Below are positions 63,385 through 64,000 of a stretch of 64,000 bases of DNA, piece after piece. Position 1 is the first letter of the stretch. Every line of letters begins with the position of its first letter. The notes beneath the pieces are model-generated. The model worked only from the letters and a program-made list of their open reading frames with translations. It had not been told where the DNA came from and did no database searches. The translations under genes were made by a program, and so were the position numbers. The stretch comes from Ruditapes philippinarum (taxonomy: Eukaryota), in contig NW_026863536.1 in NCBI RefSeq assembly GCF_026571515.1, forward strand, positions 62,001 through 126,000, in the 5' to 3' direction.

Positions 63385-63651
63385 TTATTTATACTCGCCA
63401 CCGGTTGCCTATATGGGCGAGTCCTCCAGAAGAGTATTAGTCATTTTATATTTTGGAGGATAGTACAAGATATAGATACAGAAAGATGCCCAAATCTGGT
63501 TCTTTAACGTGACATGTGTTTAAGCACTCATACCATGGGACCTCGAGTTAAAGTGTCATCCGAAAGATGGATTAATAATTTTAGTTGGCTAGTCCGGGAA
63601 TCGAACCCACATTGTCGAGATGCTCTAACCGAATGAGTTTAGCGGGCTGGC
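63385..63651 (-). mobile_element. tRNA-derived SINE
   Basis: Minus-strand head GCCAGCCCGCTAAACTCATTCGGTTAGAGC..GGGTTCGATTCCCGG (A/B boxes), followed by a SINE-like body. Confidence 0.7.
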
Positions 63652-64000
63652 GATTTTTATACGACACGACCTCAGATATTCAGAACAACTATTTTGATGG
63701 GATGACGGGAAAAGCCGAATAGCTACAATTCGGTGAACATCTAACTTTTATCATGAATTTCATCCAACACATAAACTCCCTTAAGGGCCCCACAGATTAG
63801 GAACGCAGCTACCAGCAGCCAAGGTATTCATTACGAGGCTTCAGCAGCTAAGGTTAACACGTTACAATATTCTAAAACAAAACATATATCAAAGAATTTT
63901 TTTATTGAGGATAGTGAAAAATTGGACAATAATAAAAATGGATGAGAATGACAACGAGGTATGTTTAAACGTTATTATTTAGATTTCTTTTTATTTGTTG

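Overview
Eukaryotic, AT-rich, repeat-dense genomic DNA. The Helentron-type non-autonomous repeats, tRNA-SINEs and CYP2-clan genes point to a mollusc, probably a bivalve (inference). About 1-9.4 kb looks like uncorrected long-read sequence, and its ORFs are not credible. From 8.9 to 31 kb is a nest of transposons: two mariner derivatives, Helentron-like elements with internal satellite arrays, a TIR element with a 2-bp TSD and spliced cargo, and a young 7.2-kb Ty3/Gypsy LTR element (19635-26817). That element has an intact gag, a gutted pol, a tRNA-Leu PBS and, in the env position, a KCTD-type BTB/POZ domain that the ORF track missed; this is the most striking observation. Next come a 4-exon orphan gene for an RS-repeat protein with a putative NLS (32228-35185, -), three tandem intronless CYP2-clan P450 genes (37.6-52.4 kb, -) with mosaic similarity and shared XRE-like promoter motifs, several TIR elements including an IS3EU-type element, and an 8-exon gene for a 568-aa acidic disordered protein (55471-61837, -) whose introns hold decayed copies of its own exon/UTR. 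All gene models, alignments and counts were done by eye; no database search was run.
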